From Rhizaria sp. SCN 62-66 (Eukaryota), in NCBI GenBank assembly GCA_001724265.1, contig MEDY01000011.1, positions 124,001 to 188,000 of the forward strand: a stretch of DNA of 64,000 nucleotides, given 5' to 3'. Under the pieces are notes generated by a model that worked only from the letters and a program-made list of their open reading frames with translations, had not been told where the DNA came from and ran no database searches. Of the stretch, positions 26,401 to 29,780 are shown one piece after another. A program made the position numbers and the translations under genes. The stretch's first letter is position 1. Every line of letters starts with the position of its first letter.

Positions 26401-29400
26401 GTATCCTACGTCCGTTCTTTGACGCCATGGACGTCATCGGCGGACTTGGTACCACGATCGCCACGCTCGACTGCTTCCTGCCCTACAATTCGTCGATCCG
26501 CCCATTCTGGGTCTCGTCCATCGCCATCATGATGCTGCCTCTGGTCGGTATCTTGCTTCCGCTCGCTGTGCTGCTGCCAAGCTATCTCTTGAACCGTCGC
26601 AACTACCACAACCAAGTCAAACTTGCACTGAAGGACCAGCGCAGACATTTGGTGATCATGGCCGAGGAGTACCTCGAGTACCTGCAGACCATGCGCCGCC
26701 GCCGCGCCGCCGAGTCTGCGCTGCAGACAGAAAACAACGTGGACAAGCCTGACAACAAGCTGGGCCACGTTAAGCCCATCTGGGACTCTGTGGACGAGTC
26801 CGGTGAGCTCGGTATTGCCGGTCACAACGAGTCGCAGCGTGCCGCGCTTAAGACCATCCGCGAGACGGCGACACTGTCGACGGGCCACCGCATCTTCGGC
26901 GATATCCGCATCCACGAGCGCGAAGACCGCCGCACGCGTATGCGAAGTGAGTCTGACGAAGAGGCCGAGCACGCACGCGCCGCGGCCGCTAAGGCTGACG
27001 GCAACATTCCCGCGACTGGTCCTCTCGCCCCGCCCGGCGTGCCTGGCTCTCCTGGAGAGCCCACGTCCGCTGGCACTGGCGCTGCGCCCAAGAGCCGGCT
27101 CGTGCGGCGCAAGCTTGTGCGGCGCGTCAAGGTCGCTCAGGCCAACAACAGCACGCACAGTGGTGAGGCTGCCTCGGGCCCGTCATCGGGCATGCCCTCG
27201 CCCAAGCCCTCGCCGCGCGCGGGTGACGTCGGCAACATCGAGCTTACAGCTCTGGGTGCTGCTCCTACTCCCGATGAGACTGCTGATGCACAGGTGACAC
27301 TCACACTGTTGCCGTCGGCGGTTAAGCCGATGGACGATGGACATGCCGAAGACGACGAAAGTAACCTGTTTGTACACGCTGATGAGCTCGACTCCGTGCC
27401 TGTGGCTGTGCTGCCGAACGCGCACGCGCACGCGTCCGCTGTGGCACGCTCGTCTGCGCCCAAGCTGCGTCAGAACGACCCGCTAGCCAAGTACCGCGCC
27501 ATGCAGGAGAAGCTCGAGCACGAGGCTGCTGCTACTGCTGCCGAGGCCGCGGCTCTGCGTGCCGGTCGCGCCACTGCTGTTGAGTCACCCTTTGAGTTGC
27601 CAACCGCTTCGGCCCCCGTCGCTGCGCCTGTTTCTGCGGCACGGCACGGCGGTGAACTAGACTTACACTTTGATAACGCCACCGCAGCTACTGCTGCGAA
27701 TGATGCGTTTGGTTTGGGTGACGAAGCAATTGTGGCCGAGGACGTTAAGGAGCTCATGTCTGGTGCGATTGCAGTCAATGCGGATGTCTTTAACGATGTC
27801 TACATCGATGAAGACGGCAACGAGTACGATTTGCGCGGCGAATACAACGTCCAGCACGAAGGCTTTAATGCCAATGAGGACTTTGACATGAGCTTCTTGC
27901 GCGAGGACAGCTACAATAACGCTGAGAACGTGCACCGGCAGCATGCCGCTCTAATGCTCGATGTGGCGCCTGTTGCCGCCGATGAGCACGCCACGCACGA
28001 ACAGTTTGTTGCCATGATGGCGCGCTACATGCCCTTCCGCAAGGATATCGACTCCGACGCCGCCGCCGCGGCTGCTACGGATAAGAGTGCCGACGGCACT
28101 GTCGCCGCTGGTGCTGTTGCACGCAGCCTGGTCAACGGTCTGGCTGTGGATGCTGTGGACGATGAGGACGCTGCGAACATCAGCTACCTCATGACTGCCG
28201 AGTTTGAGCTGCTGTACGAGTCCGAGCTCTACCGCGTGCGCGCGGTGCGCAAGGAGCGTGCGATTGCCCGCGTCCGCGCGCGCGCCAAGCGTGACTGGTA
28301 TATCAAGACCTATGGTGAGATTGCTGGTAAGAAGATGTTGCGCGAGATGGAGATCGCCGACGACGGCAAGCGCCCCACTGCGGCTGAGCTGCGCCACAAC
28401 GTCGATGTGACAGAGTCGCGGTACATGTTCGCGCCTGCAGAGCTTATCGGCTTCATCGTCACATCGATCACCGTTGTCATGTTCGTTATGCACCCCAACA
28501 TCGCCAAGCAGTTCTTTACCTTCGTGTCGTGCCACGAAATCGGCGGCACGGACTGGGCCGGCGCCAGCTACTTCCTGGGCGACATGACTGTGCCCTGCTG
28601 GGGCAGCGACCACACGACGTTCTTCCTCGCGCTCGGTCTGCCAATGGGCCTGATCTGGGTTTTCGGCCTGCCGATGTTCGCGTGCTGGTACCTGTACAGC
28701 AACCGCGGGCTGATTCAGATGCACCACTCCGGTGTGTCGTCGGTAATGCGCAAGCGCAAGCTTGCGTTTGAGTCTCGCATGGCCTTCCTGTACCGCGGCT
28801 ACCGCACCACGCGCTACTACTGGTTCCTGGCCGAGCTTTTCCGCAAGGTCGTGCTCGTGGCCATCCCCGTCTTCTTCCCCGGCGCGCTGCACACGCAGCT
28901 CATCCTCGCCGCGCTCGTCGTGTTCCTCTTCATCGCCGCCCAGGTCTCTGCGCGTCCCTTCGAGAACAAGATCACCGAGTTCGTCGAGTACTTCTCGCTT
29001 TTTAGCTCGTTCATGATCTTCTTCCTGGCCAACTTCCTCTTTATTGAGTCTGTTAAGCAAGTCGTCAAGGACACGATCAAGTGGGTCATTGTGCTCATCC
29101 TCATCTTCTTTATCGTCACTGTCGTTGTCGCATTCATCCTGTTGGCGCGCGAGGAGCTCGAGATGGGCCCATTGCGCCGCCGCATCTACGAGGCGCACGC
29201 GGCCGGTAACGACGTCCAAGTCGTCATCCGTCAGTGGCGTATCGCGCGGCTGCAGCGCCGCCGCGAGAAGTCCGGCGAGGCTGAGCTCAAGGAGCAGGCC
29301 AAGCAGGAGAAGCGCGCCCGCCGTTCCGGTGGTGGTGCAAGCGCTGCTGGTGGCTCCGATGCCAACGTGCGCAACGTTGTGCTGAACGAAGCGCGCGACA

Positions 29401-29780
29401 ACCGTACGCCGTTCGCGCTCATGTTCAACGAGGTCAACCAAGCGCAGGCGCTGTCCGCCAGTCTGGACGGGCCCATCGACGTTCAGGGCGGGCTCTCGGC
29501 CGAGAACGCTAAGGCGCTCGACCGCGCCACCGCCCTCGCGGCTTACACGCACACCGTTGCTAACATGATTAACAATGGTGTCGACGTTGGTAATGATGAC
29601 ATGACAAGCTACCTACAGTCCGCGCGTTCGATGGCGGGGCAGACGAAGGACTTGAACGTCGTATTTGACGCAGAGACGGACGCAGAGACCGCTGCTGAGG
29701 ACGCTGCGCGTCTCGGCCGCTCCGCGCGCTCCGCCGTCGTCTTCCACAACGTCATACTTGATGACGATGACCTGCAGTAA
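2493..29780 (+). CDS. Giant (~9,095 aa) single-exon cell-surface protein: signal peptide, very long modular ectodomain, ~9-TM C-terminal domain
   Basis: Uninterrupted ORF (track 2262..29780 starts at TTG). First in-frame ATGs 2493/2517 precede a signal peptide (LQWLVTCAFVCFLLFCSSALA-VD). Sushi, EGF-Ca, IPT and Cys-repeat modules are recognisable. The TM region carries FLYRGYRTTRYYWFLAELFRKVVLV and RPF motifs typical of protist GPCR-like/TRP-like multipass proteins. Stop TAA. Confidence 0.9.
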   Translation: MRAGSGRNMRPHLQWLVTCAFVCFLLFCSSALAVDHTTVSLEFSSLPTRDAISATVTAYLNVRTTVTTLPTNETDGGFFSIICDHESITSISSVSSSGTTATVTQINGPLGVVSGIQSGDPALMGGVLTLAVVLPLSVVAPVYLNTAASHKLPANLCSSYFTNKVRERFTVSSPATTFTALPDWTTAPLVMMSSGITAAKPIVYSGSTGKAQLSLSIAILHAYQITSMNIEFISPCTGGSFAAATLDSQLSTVTVSSGTGSATSATINFNTYDAPLSPFTILVIDGVQLDPSTSVASNNLKQCFKLTFFGSSSTTLIPATTLPTSAFLIPNTAPAHLMVTTALPQMLGSTYWVDTYVAAPGTPTVNYVITVNSDPVTCPQALQTWTSPNLPVEKSTLMLNQTLMRDVSDLTCTVTVSSSDSTWIRSSFAAARFLVQCTSVPTSLSWIRLRVTNIMTETATLPEGCWTVETSASLTAPATSVRTMNAPWTVQPSSAITFDVTRRTTDSNALRFTLGGSAGKDIDVQVHLLTLPHCPAADLFKSYASSTYMSSLRNVDSTTALFSSSPYRTMRILYTSTNPSQTTRFQVASTALNNDNVVKIPPGCLQSMLIVNGALPPLVLQSTVDVSMSLSYSTYSQKSINLDIKSIVLPALFANPAATVFGNRFDLNDVTYPSTTNGGDRKYEVTWNAHCRAWTLNTDASVHKLGTAENNIGNCPVASVTANFLDMRCQDSPTNFRLQSASFQSTMYTITYPPAVDCFSLIARRGTNSSYQYAYTISTSNSSLVPNVGVSIADFSVRSLVATSITLSLQIAVVIMAGTTSVVALEIKKTGAAYSWSNSGTGNAALTTTTVAHWGSGSSSCTGSVSSDNFLLSCTPRIVNSVITSLPAPLGIGIDSLVADFSSLSSGSLPSAAISVSGSNSVYTAADMPLPDVSSRGIDHALVAMRALTDDDGSTIVRVVAKFFIYRTSGGGNAVKFAWSITPGCNGVVRVAAWTSSDVTTTCTLDNISIDRATATISCPYPSAVAQRSVQFPLQLHYKQLRVDGALPTTCVRAKMMVYISGTLLETTKSVDAMESVVSSDVDVVPRRLYVQTAPLTATVFSVDTVAGTFTNMYSYRYTLSSYRSGNQSIASSYFIRPCNENDVTVLVPSGPVQFTIGAAGSTDNVDSYSCPYVTGHDPIPASIPNGVVMHTCTLETIPNANLFGQVPQHFIEIDGMILNNKAATSVCLNINDGWDGTSNPAKSVLPLTFSQKQNAMEYDLTIAARVTVMGEDLYLTDARFFFTVEMSVYLLQEIPSSDEVYFTLALADRPECNAISLGREQSAMRPFSSKWGSSLTDSCVDMGYLPDNRRAIHCPHPGATVGLNHKVYTLRIPLLYEAPSNTTEVPRQCFETTMSGHKLKSLNPRDNVKFPSTSVDQLTPVEVLMRVKEKNIDDSWDRSDNASPWVVASTLDVAFSLLNQVGLSTNLAFEIEYNSSNATVCPPDALEFMPTVTLEPLDMSVTLATYYTHGEGFNCTATTATAAKLSVVCEALDDLVTTQGYILKMTNAFRVRYGVSAFVPFISDSCLKVTTHPYANPAQTGPLLESVHMYDYLIASHSPHAERVFHVSKKLVSALPDGDPAALFETHTFELQVYAYTNDFLTQANTEFDITFSDADVATKGFSTPELALAAIPTAYATTWTCTLTQSMPVGSGKLECSAPTLPTVATDLSTPMRVRFSGAQSHYGAIWPRMPKSVVLINNNQSSNPLGHLTTDSEHKIDIHVTTFGASVTHSWDGVHVTSGLKWTIYYHSSFRISSFDMETSKSCALRMAHDTALPVTAPGSNVISPGSIASDRWHYNFSILTFPSPDPLNELNSTTPTLPVTPFYELSLSTAAEAEFSASETRSIPKSCFTFKVNYYDTVTFIAYSMTWVGSTDDVAMGATASGNIYNDMYDVSVDVLDHTMSSATTFKSEIDVIVIPRHDLTGINTFDIELTSYCLNSFLFSSPTLTSVYNASSTGEDPLVEDWTLASSSATKVTLSCSNPVCFTDDKYMRFRLTGLVFNLDTSGAQQLAALPGRCLQVTSTFEDVVYSRPSVVKLPLPTAGSLSHFVQSTSLAQDTAMQGPVAAGNYIAMTFTRLFLRANDKVRLTLPTSLSIATGVAPSDSSNAVILSVFSSDNAVTRTLSCRIPCNLVVPTLVYESTQPLVCTPAKPCHVYMPTGTFSTVPLPILIDAFITLSITPSTPYTYLPRSNIVLSFSVNRLDRLSLPDLGITNIVTSAETTADPYVDGFTLDFDMPAMPRLSMFKRFALVITFSTSVSIVTPFDVAKLVGSTPVGSVGLLSANGRELRLSVASPIVASHMRIAGLIFGDALCVNTPTVFEKSGVCAAPSFTAKIVTELDTLAAELATAGASPPAALVAERDLSRIVTEGEVVAVSKSPFTFNPVFTPESFWHTRVINETATATGYTTVAEFNSPVDFMFDTTPGGHFVLEISAASAATIAGFIVTDAQLEFIGAEMGLTLDMVVDGANNRLWSVGIADPSPFASQLSDGASIGLTLTIDSATLRLAPVTAVLRIVPAANAVGRLEEAFLKLPASDRLSDAAGTSTSLVFPWTRNTASLSLAIFAPPFAPLRTNAALTEFRLTFSFTGAEVSSCSAVKSVYLVNSGVDSPSNYATDAVELTCTATATEIVCALVDVSNIVARTDTLQFVLKSCVKTPMSSAVTYSGSVGLYVSPTASGGAFDLYGHNPITQTLFALPRVAPAVYTDAVTASTIVMNANTNLFGVTFAFVGTAGTALCPYTLPRNGAIRVIVPQEARTKYVLDKLPSFPAPMVTVRDPDNLGYLITNAGGVELCDAVSTTTWLSYNNGFFHPLLNSTNAYNIEFGTLTDANVFISDVAFTNVVVNWVALPLLGMVTISNLNIDAASFTQTVGDSSVVVNVNLSPLAASVTLTQLDVRMTSTDGNCVFDPVLATRTPSTPFTNDPLVPETVEVMMNSLSPSTIYLRARSNSTTPKTLMIAHTIHGLLCTPGTRSFKFALVDALSHVRVSNEIESSIFTVGSLPVTEPDTDPADAPRTMCHVFATAASPRPISLPAEMRPLKIVAGQLYDIYCTVTLPRTWVPGQLLYLPLGRGWEQVEEREIAVQNANSVSAATANNFTWQTAENVPPERRVAVWYYRVLAPLLDDIEDYDFGTFHSTVALRNTEVAPATDVPDQNLGFIFSWLDVLSVSTSPASNIPYGIACLSLENYAPPYTFTGGSYYLRLIVPIELPIYSLYAQSSSVDSQFSKFATIKRRTGTTGNANIGLTQSNSRLTSTASETEIRYFISDSMNSKNTYDIKLCLFDIQTARDLATMQRLLTTGDTPMTLTIVNYYFDFWTWSYVTDVKTTYSNLRIASGLSSTMEQSANPPQLTVLPHPESGVIGYHLEPHVETRSRSGAAVSIRYGFTASSITSSTIVLAFMIPQYLLTSTRATSVKVTNSDGVFTEDYPSEGVSADCSSSFNNMVATLPRRSHDVNVTAEDARAAYRLSTSPTSCYRVTVSSTLVNAIKERSGTIDVTLFALSQEVLSAPPREGTLSIVALMPSPSTFEGKPLYSTTWALSYPIQPLPHDITAAVTVMSAGSSPVIDTVRNVATTIIYRLHQNGAVTQCPLTTGEDSATLQGTYTESACSPAVDLANYLRLTVDVADGRKHEGARGAITLSPDEMLLLVNFNNRVVVAIRRDPIFGTFIRDRGSTESYDISPYLEAADETFDAGGSRAASHAVAPFILHDYTSSYGPNFYVTVVVGLRIVSFRMTYGAASLWVLTDKPVLFAHSGAISVPRALRQEQPTVLQARNTQSFVLCQRALCIMYQRNSTYSVVVRAEFTLSDALTSVPKVTTNDLSSGTRPGTISVGRALPWILTKDYDNNLYVPDDELYYAYVLGKQRIAISRITGLRTYAPASSRRIAYVDVVALLGTETEVLGVAGVIPTGDGSAVVDVMTKATSWSESNRVGDLHRLFFTYADTKYSTTTTDLPLVSIAERALLADVPVPETQYQWDVLRPRVSMDGRMYTTIRPYVPVATPASSYNGPVLRVYGLRLAYLKSEDLLAADMYMHKPSTRSNAMKVTLRHPRRFMVKNTMTQHIAMDYAVWHDLPNNSNRPTATSICASRTNDKTWSMASNNQTSDASIVVMDNNDYQQALVCEQTVASTCFDVRSKFHAYPVVSVTSNTNSSLVYFERALERTVHMEAAPSSLVAIALRNCVPISGASCDMLIVVTMSSPTDVAGLSIAPRFVNFDASSALSLTYTTELGNTGTLACSVPNNLRRDCTFGTRGAGVTLWIPFGTYTLTNNGMSTVVKNSRSLPFARLSGGVQAMRALAATTAATGDVTGVLSGYKVLGSTGTLSTSRALRFAGVTSDWREGAMCATVWGANTTRCMSASFGENGVRLQSPAELVLDLPTPPADVQRVFLPSGDTFGWSQSQHKLYFWRYCEECTAGSPFFNPLSSTERVRSLLKVREITQPAPMFPEGSLIQRFHVLASTHPARGAFVLAIDQFGLTLPLRVDPRGNGFSLRTGKAGSTNWSPLASGTGIWNAYTTQIGGGSLGAQITAIVDWTDLTVISPTVLTSILVAFESGALVHYSAPVLGRTTSASASANPTAADLALPITQRVVRKPTGTGALRAIAVSIEWGLFFTAGDTGAIFYGFFPRNTSALAASFGDISLTRVTDLRLPCSVTSLALNPLGTVLVAGCSSGYLYSLRVTLASSPATPAAPVTVAFAFIPRDPTKKRLSTVPTFLQSYNTRWSDLTLVNSYDQAFFDRTYTDAFALRTQWDTVHDVAFHFFGSHLMVLGSNAAVNSASAAWSVATYHLSHPITGLQYTVADNSLNQITTWSIQANMPPVVYSDAPLFCRLDFPPTTTFPSLTLTTTWTGATVTGATAVAAPSTLERSQLQFKLALGSDSSMGVFKLTIAGVQNPSQLYDNLDDMTFVCRIADPLDATAVTNLDRFNTGFEVARVSNGILAGMLLSAELQRVDGTSVESLPHYTVGRTVELQVVLSTTATSDPIVMKVEALDHDSNAQNKCVLSATESEYTFATFGSATDIEVTIAVGTSTINFYIHCLTSTSVAGADGIKLRLSSNSAVAHIADFITGVFHVMPSVTPSVQYREAFPSTTVHDNPDSFPSSADVNIIISWDSPVYDSNVLIRILTNALDQCTFRDTLYTALPEASTFDIQIGTSNSYVNATLMRYEGVLMNCVQINPSVIITTTHTQGLVNLVDGGNQRPRVVYGSAYLEEVAGFDIPINAVRPFTVNIRPRAQVTSDLTVQLLRNSIAMTNTPCRLRTTAAGSESVEITVTVPVNQMQVTAYIICTQSFFLRESIDVRLTYSGASTGFEIVPTNNVKAYNPNSVSNFYKLDGTLMILAGNETTHRTSSGTALEIESIFSYPISRATIMVFLAPVASSCRFSKTAIKYSSMTTESIPGFAFMSDGVTPATGIFYNLETGALSDRVYVACMGTAGPNPLERQILSGDNIKWTQLPSITIRHELLVRTTAVGNRNNYLYGALQALVMHPLELVISPPWDGAQPVKVLVTGPPECTFVEGTDFINTIPTEVELGTVNLQPEFLRSITPGTSSIALRLYCPLTSVGGAVTFNMVVPDPSDGETPSEQAHREAYVGFTSLTFNINGFYDLVWFHDTPDGVSTVVSSSTAPTVPIPAGLIYNDAVVRIEATMRPLPVVNNDLNVEISLVDDDAHACQLSYSPMQSNIWLEQVFTNTQSVFSVYLWCESPTSQPIAVRFSIKGTTHGTSYPAFDSTRLQPQGSFSLKDLPDTFVTASPVRGSIMLSIHPNVPQQIRIERSDSSADCRFTSADKIADTASYTATAVVTQSQAQFDDISTRMGPIHFAIYCRRTHVKGPMIRLVSPVGSYVTETFGPYQVQGRMSISFTNPTTLVAQNITDTDAHLNEDGTEMLPGDTVTVMEDPYFLRAPKTDLRSFVLQMAPALSAQTIVRVSLSTIRGSCGFVATDSGSTGNGGGNTDVTDLSSTFQVLFYLGDSRVSFSVACREATTEFPYLIAESIAGERYITSLTRPLRVRGYLEFADLTNMVSPVTAWTVKSFSIRPVPLPTEETVIQVTDGSVAGSTNNCVFRLYGATTEYVASPFNFTYTSTMATQEIALYCRRVDQTQATAFTLTALNDIYLSTTSWSVNLRGSVWIEDAVANDVFVVAPPTPNPLDTIRTAKPHHLRLRFRPAVTSPTAFSLQSSIPRCLVSLTTTATATSITFTVPVNTETMDAYLVCSETQSTMPGVALTLRPQSGAVFYVAYTTATAPVYSTFVLTLPSGAPITSIHIREPNRLKLIFEPTAGLPLLTQIRVTVPSTVEGSCVIAAELVGTVPAAPATEWTSTRLFSAAAGSRELYFWVRCDDYTRDRGFDTNKLPVFTVTRESGELFWPLTTAPFETYYITCPVFSDVSNGLITTTAGEFGPRGYGSVLTYSCDTGYNLNTTQSNAAVPADCSSATNAFGLSESTCQQQVRCAWDGWAAERMPVCSLHVCSVIKAPTFGSITRTLGYSAGESTFDAGAAFACSVGYYVEGSSNITCTRGGWSASVPQCLGVVCPTLEAREGVDVESVSFTTTPPRYTSTATYVCPSGYRAVLNNTRRCLADGTWDGEVGVCTTSTCTPLLYDNARMVPMTYRNQQGTTLPSRDVYDETTTATYACKPGYEFNVSSSSHTTTRTCIENTWMPIYVPVCTYRTCPTLTRSYGTITQDPTSLANKFSVNLTMTCAYGTLPDPTKATAIWCNETAQWNNELTTCEPKFCGAPTSGSFMTVDVADGVSKFGVNYNSSTAVYRCSDGYDMTYAGYSPSDGTGVVSYRTSSLQLRATRICLPDGWTPSGTPQCSLHVCSALTLPSNVKDILYTSPSGLNTTNSATNAVRVYLSTALYRCETGYEPRDMLNTSMPHTALRTCRNIDIGWDHTEPVCTPYDCGPADEIPHMGSITYSYNPVVTPTPTSYRSNAIYTCAEGFVMESGAANATRVCSGPELGWYPAAPVCVDVDECDPNGGYFFDCAAAYGSSSRCINTFGSFVCTPYVTSSPALEAVVTEQQYTSYMLNPELYPLPATVDASTRTINPSDASGNQPIQFSVVQGRNLAAPYINAVMFSNPNVDVFPGLLDFDCRNVVVSEHDTYPDKMFRVQCLLTPGQGMDLYLRLQFCYAESVEASSSINCETWNWNWDGRSISYPDMSANSNYKLRYPAPSFVASSLFSVTYDSGRTDDYVMPSVMGEQIGFDINNLYFERPGLLSMYMGEATTTDDYPYECEIDIEKSLDLSTVNRTLVCRVPDMVNKANLRFKFGLAGHISYSTDQLSYPQIPRVDSVTGCAEAINDADGGVIITSGCSTEGTDYLHVTGNAFIEPLTAFVHGRRCVVEQYIDSTNFYCRVPVGTGSSLTFIVKASTQTVQVDNMLSYGAPTIDSVEGCTMPAANSRTVLNCARQGGNVLVLRGRNFGYDGATVSIGGISCLYVEHDRSNSMNASLPHRVVRCHVPPGTGLDQQIVISQRYGAASTQPFFLSYVQCTVGTYERGYSCQACNQGEYNNRTGSQAQCMQCPSGTHAPAFGATECLECPAGTYSPLGSATCYKCPRGTFSGARADRCAQCVPGTYASREGSTSCDKCGENAEQTIDYAYCQCKAGYYQTLGGVCALCAKGGDCTKGGMTVYNILSLASYSPSAIQDSVVKAVRVTIDLRLPAVTTAEQAAVRTLVIKVLFDDTDLPQERVVIESITPQILASDGYYGARVVLLVMPSFSQNGLVAHDTTTTTAVSEPASLNVSLPSFAVLSTSGRWVVGESPVADEIAYLLDIIMGLFTRPDQSEDPANNVTLSVAETTLGDAYVAEPTLDEAFARRPVSSFQECFHEACMSGSSCRAGHGGNLCTVCEPGYGRQSTFTCRQCFSTPVQALYLTASIVAAILICAVLAWKQIVDGRKSTNELPAPAVPLLFKIAVSGIQIFAIAARYDVYWPGILRPFFDAMDVIGGLGTTIATLDCFLPYNSSIRPFWVSSIAIMMLPLVGILLPLAVLLPSYLLNRRNYHNQVKLALKDQRRHLVIMAEEYLEYLQTMRRRRAAESALQTENNVDKPDNKLGHVKPIWDSVDESGELGIAGHNESQRAALKTIRETATLSTGHRIFGDIRIHEREDRRTRMRSESDEEAEHARAAAAKADGNIPATGPLAPPGVPGSPGEPTSAGTGAAPKSRLVRRKLVRRVKVAQANNSTHSGEAASGPSSGMPSPKPSPRAGDVGNIELTALGAAPTPDETADAQVTLTLLPSAVKPMDDGHAEDDESNLFVHADELDSVPVAVLPNAHAHASAVARSSAPKLRQNDPLAKYRAMQEKLEHEAAATAAEAAALRAGRATAVESPFELPTASAPVAAPVSAARHGGELDLHFDNATAATAANDAFGLGDEAIVAEDVKELMSGAIAVNADVFNDVYIDEDGNEYDLRGEYNVQHEGFNANEDFDMSFLREDSYNNAENVHRQHAALMLDVAPVAADEHATHEQFVAMMARYMPFRKDIDSDAAAAAATDKSADGTVAAGAVARSLVNGLAVDAVDDEDAANISYLMTAEFELLYESELYRVRAVRKERAIARVRARAKRDWYIKTYGEIAGKKMLREMEIADDGKRPTAAELRHNVDVTESRYMFAPAELIGFIVTSITVVMFVMHPNIAKQFFTFVSCHEIGGTDWAGASYFLGDMTVPCWGSDHTTFFLALGLPMGLIWVFGLPMFACWYLYSNRGLIQMHHSGVSSVMRKRKLAFESRMAFLYRGYRTTRYYWFLAELFRKVVLVAIPVFFPGALHTQLILAALVVFLFIAAQVSARPFENKITEFVEYFSLFSSFMIFFLANFLFIESVKQVVKDTIKWVIVLILIFFIVTVVVAFILLAREELEMGPLRRRIYEAHAAGNDVQVVIRQWRIARLQRRREKSGEAELKEQAKQEKRARRSGGGASAAGGSDANVRNVVLNEARDNRTPFALMFNEVNQAQALSASLDGPIDVQGGLSAENAKALDRATALAAYTHTVANMINNGVDVGNDDMTSYLQSARSMAGQTKDLNVVFDAETDAETAAEDAARLGRSARSAVVFHNVILDDDDLQ
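2600..8700 (+). repeat. About 13 diverged ~140-175 aa protein repeats in the giant protein N-terminus
   Basis: Recurring end motif resembling [LIV]PxxC[FLWV]: LPANLC(~2946), LKQCF(~3390), LPEGCW(~3873), IPPGCL(~4290), PAVDCF(~4750), LPSAAI(~5217), LPTTCV(~5631), TSVCL(~6165), VPRQCF(~6648), ISDSCL(~7179), MPKSVV(~7686), IPKSCF(~8151), LPGRCL(~8655). Spacing is roughly 410-530 nt. Confidence 0.6.
13500..16980 (+). other. Probable beta-propeller (WD40/YVTN-like) regions in the giant protein ectodomain
   Basis: Blade-like motifs: GAITLSPDEMLLLVNF, LRAIAVSIEWGLFFTAGDTGAIFYG, VTSLALNPLGTVLVAGCSSGYLYSL, VHDVAFHFFGSHLMVLG. Confidence 0.5.
17430..21740 (+). repeat. 11 tandem ~115-155 aa beta-sandwich-like repeats, each with two Cys
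   Basis: Each unit has C-x-[FLVI] followed by hydrophobic-x-C: NKCVL/FYIHC, DQCTF/LMNC, TPCRL/AYIIC, SSCRF/VYVAC, PECTF/LRLYC, HACQL/VYLWC, ADCRF/FAIYC, GSCGF/FSVAC, NNCVF/IALYC, PRCLV/AYLVC, GSCVI/FWVRC. Confidence 0.7.
21741..23504 (+). repeat. Eight tandem Sushi/CCP domains
   Basis: Eight copies of C...[YF]xCxxG[YF]...C...W....PxC (e.g. TATYVCPSGY..RRCLADGTWDGEVGVC; NAIYTCAEGF..RVCSGPELGWYPAAPVC). The fifth is more degenerate. Confidence 0.88.
23505..23612 (+). other. Calcium-binding EGF-like domain
   Basis: VDVDEC...C...RCINTFGSFVC matches the DxDEC and CxNxxGS[FY]xC consensus; it lacks the last Cys pair. Confidence 0.8.
23700..25062 (+). other. IPT/TIG-like domains (two clear at ~24459-25061, two degenerate upstream)
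   Basis: PRVDSVTGC..EGTDYLHVTGNAF..VHGRRC..YCRVPVGTG and PTIDSVEGC..GGNVLVLRGRNFG..VSIGGISC..RCHVPPGTG. Confidence 0.75.
25068..25484 (+). repeat. GCC2/GCC3 (ephrin-receptor-like/TNFR-like) Cys repeats
   Basis: Repeated CxxCPxGT[YFH] units: CMQCPSGTH, CLECPAGTY, CYKCPRGTF, CAQCVPGTY. Confidence 0.85.
26205..29147 (+). other. About 9-helix transmembrane domain split by a ~610-aa hydrophilic loop (~26595-28435)
   Basis: Three hydrophobic segments before the loop and six after it (ELIGFIVTSITVVMFVM; FFLALGLPMGLIWVFGLP; YYWFLAELFRKVVLVAIPVFF; QLILAALVVFLFIAA; YFSLFSSFMIFFLANFLF; WVIVLILIFFIVTVVVAFILL). Confidence 0.8.

Noticed and set aside
27951-29552. 533-aa antisense ORF over the giant gene's TM region
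   Set aside because: Antisense shadow of GC3-biased coding sequence with no recognisable motifs.
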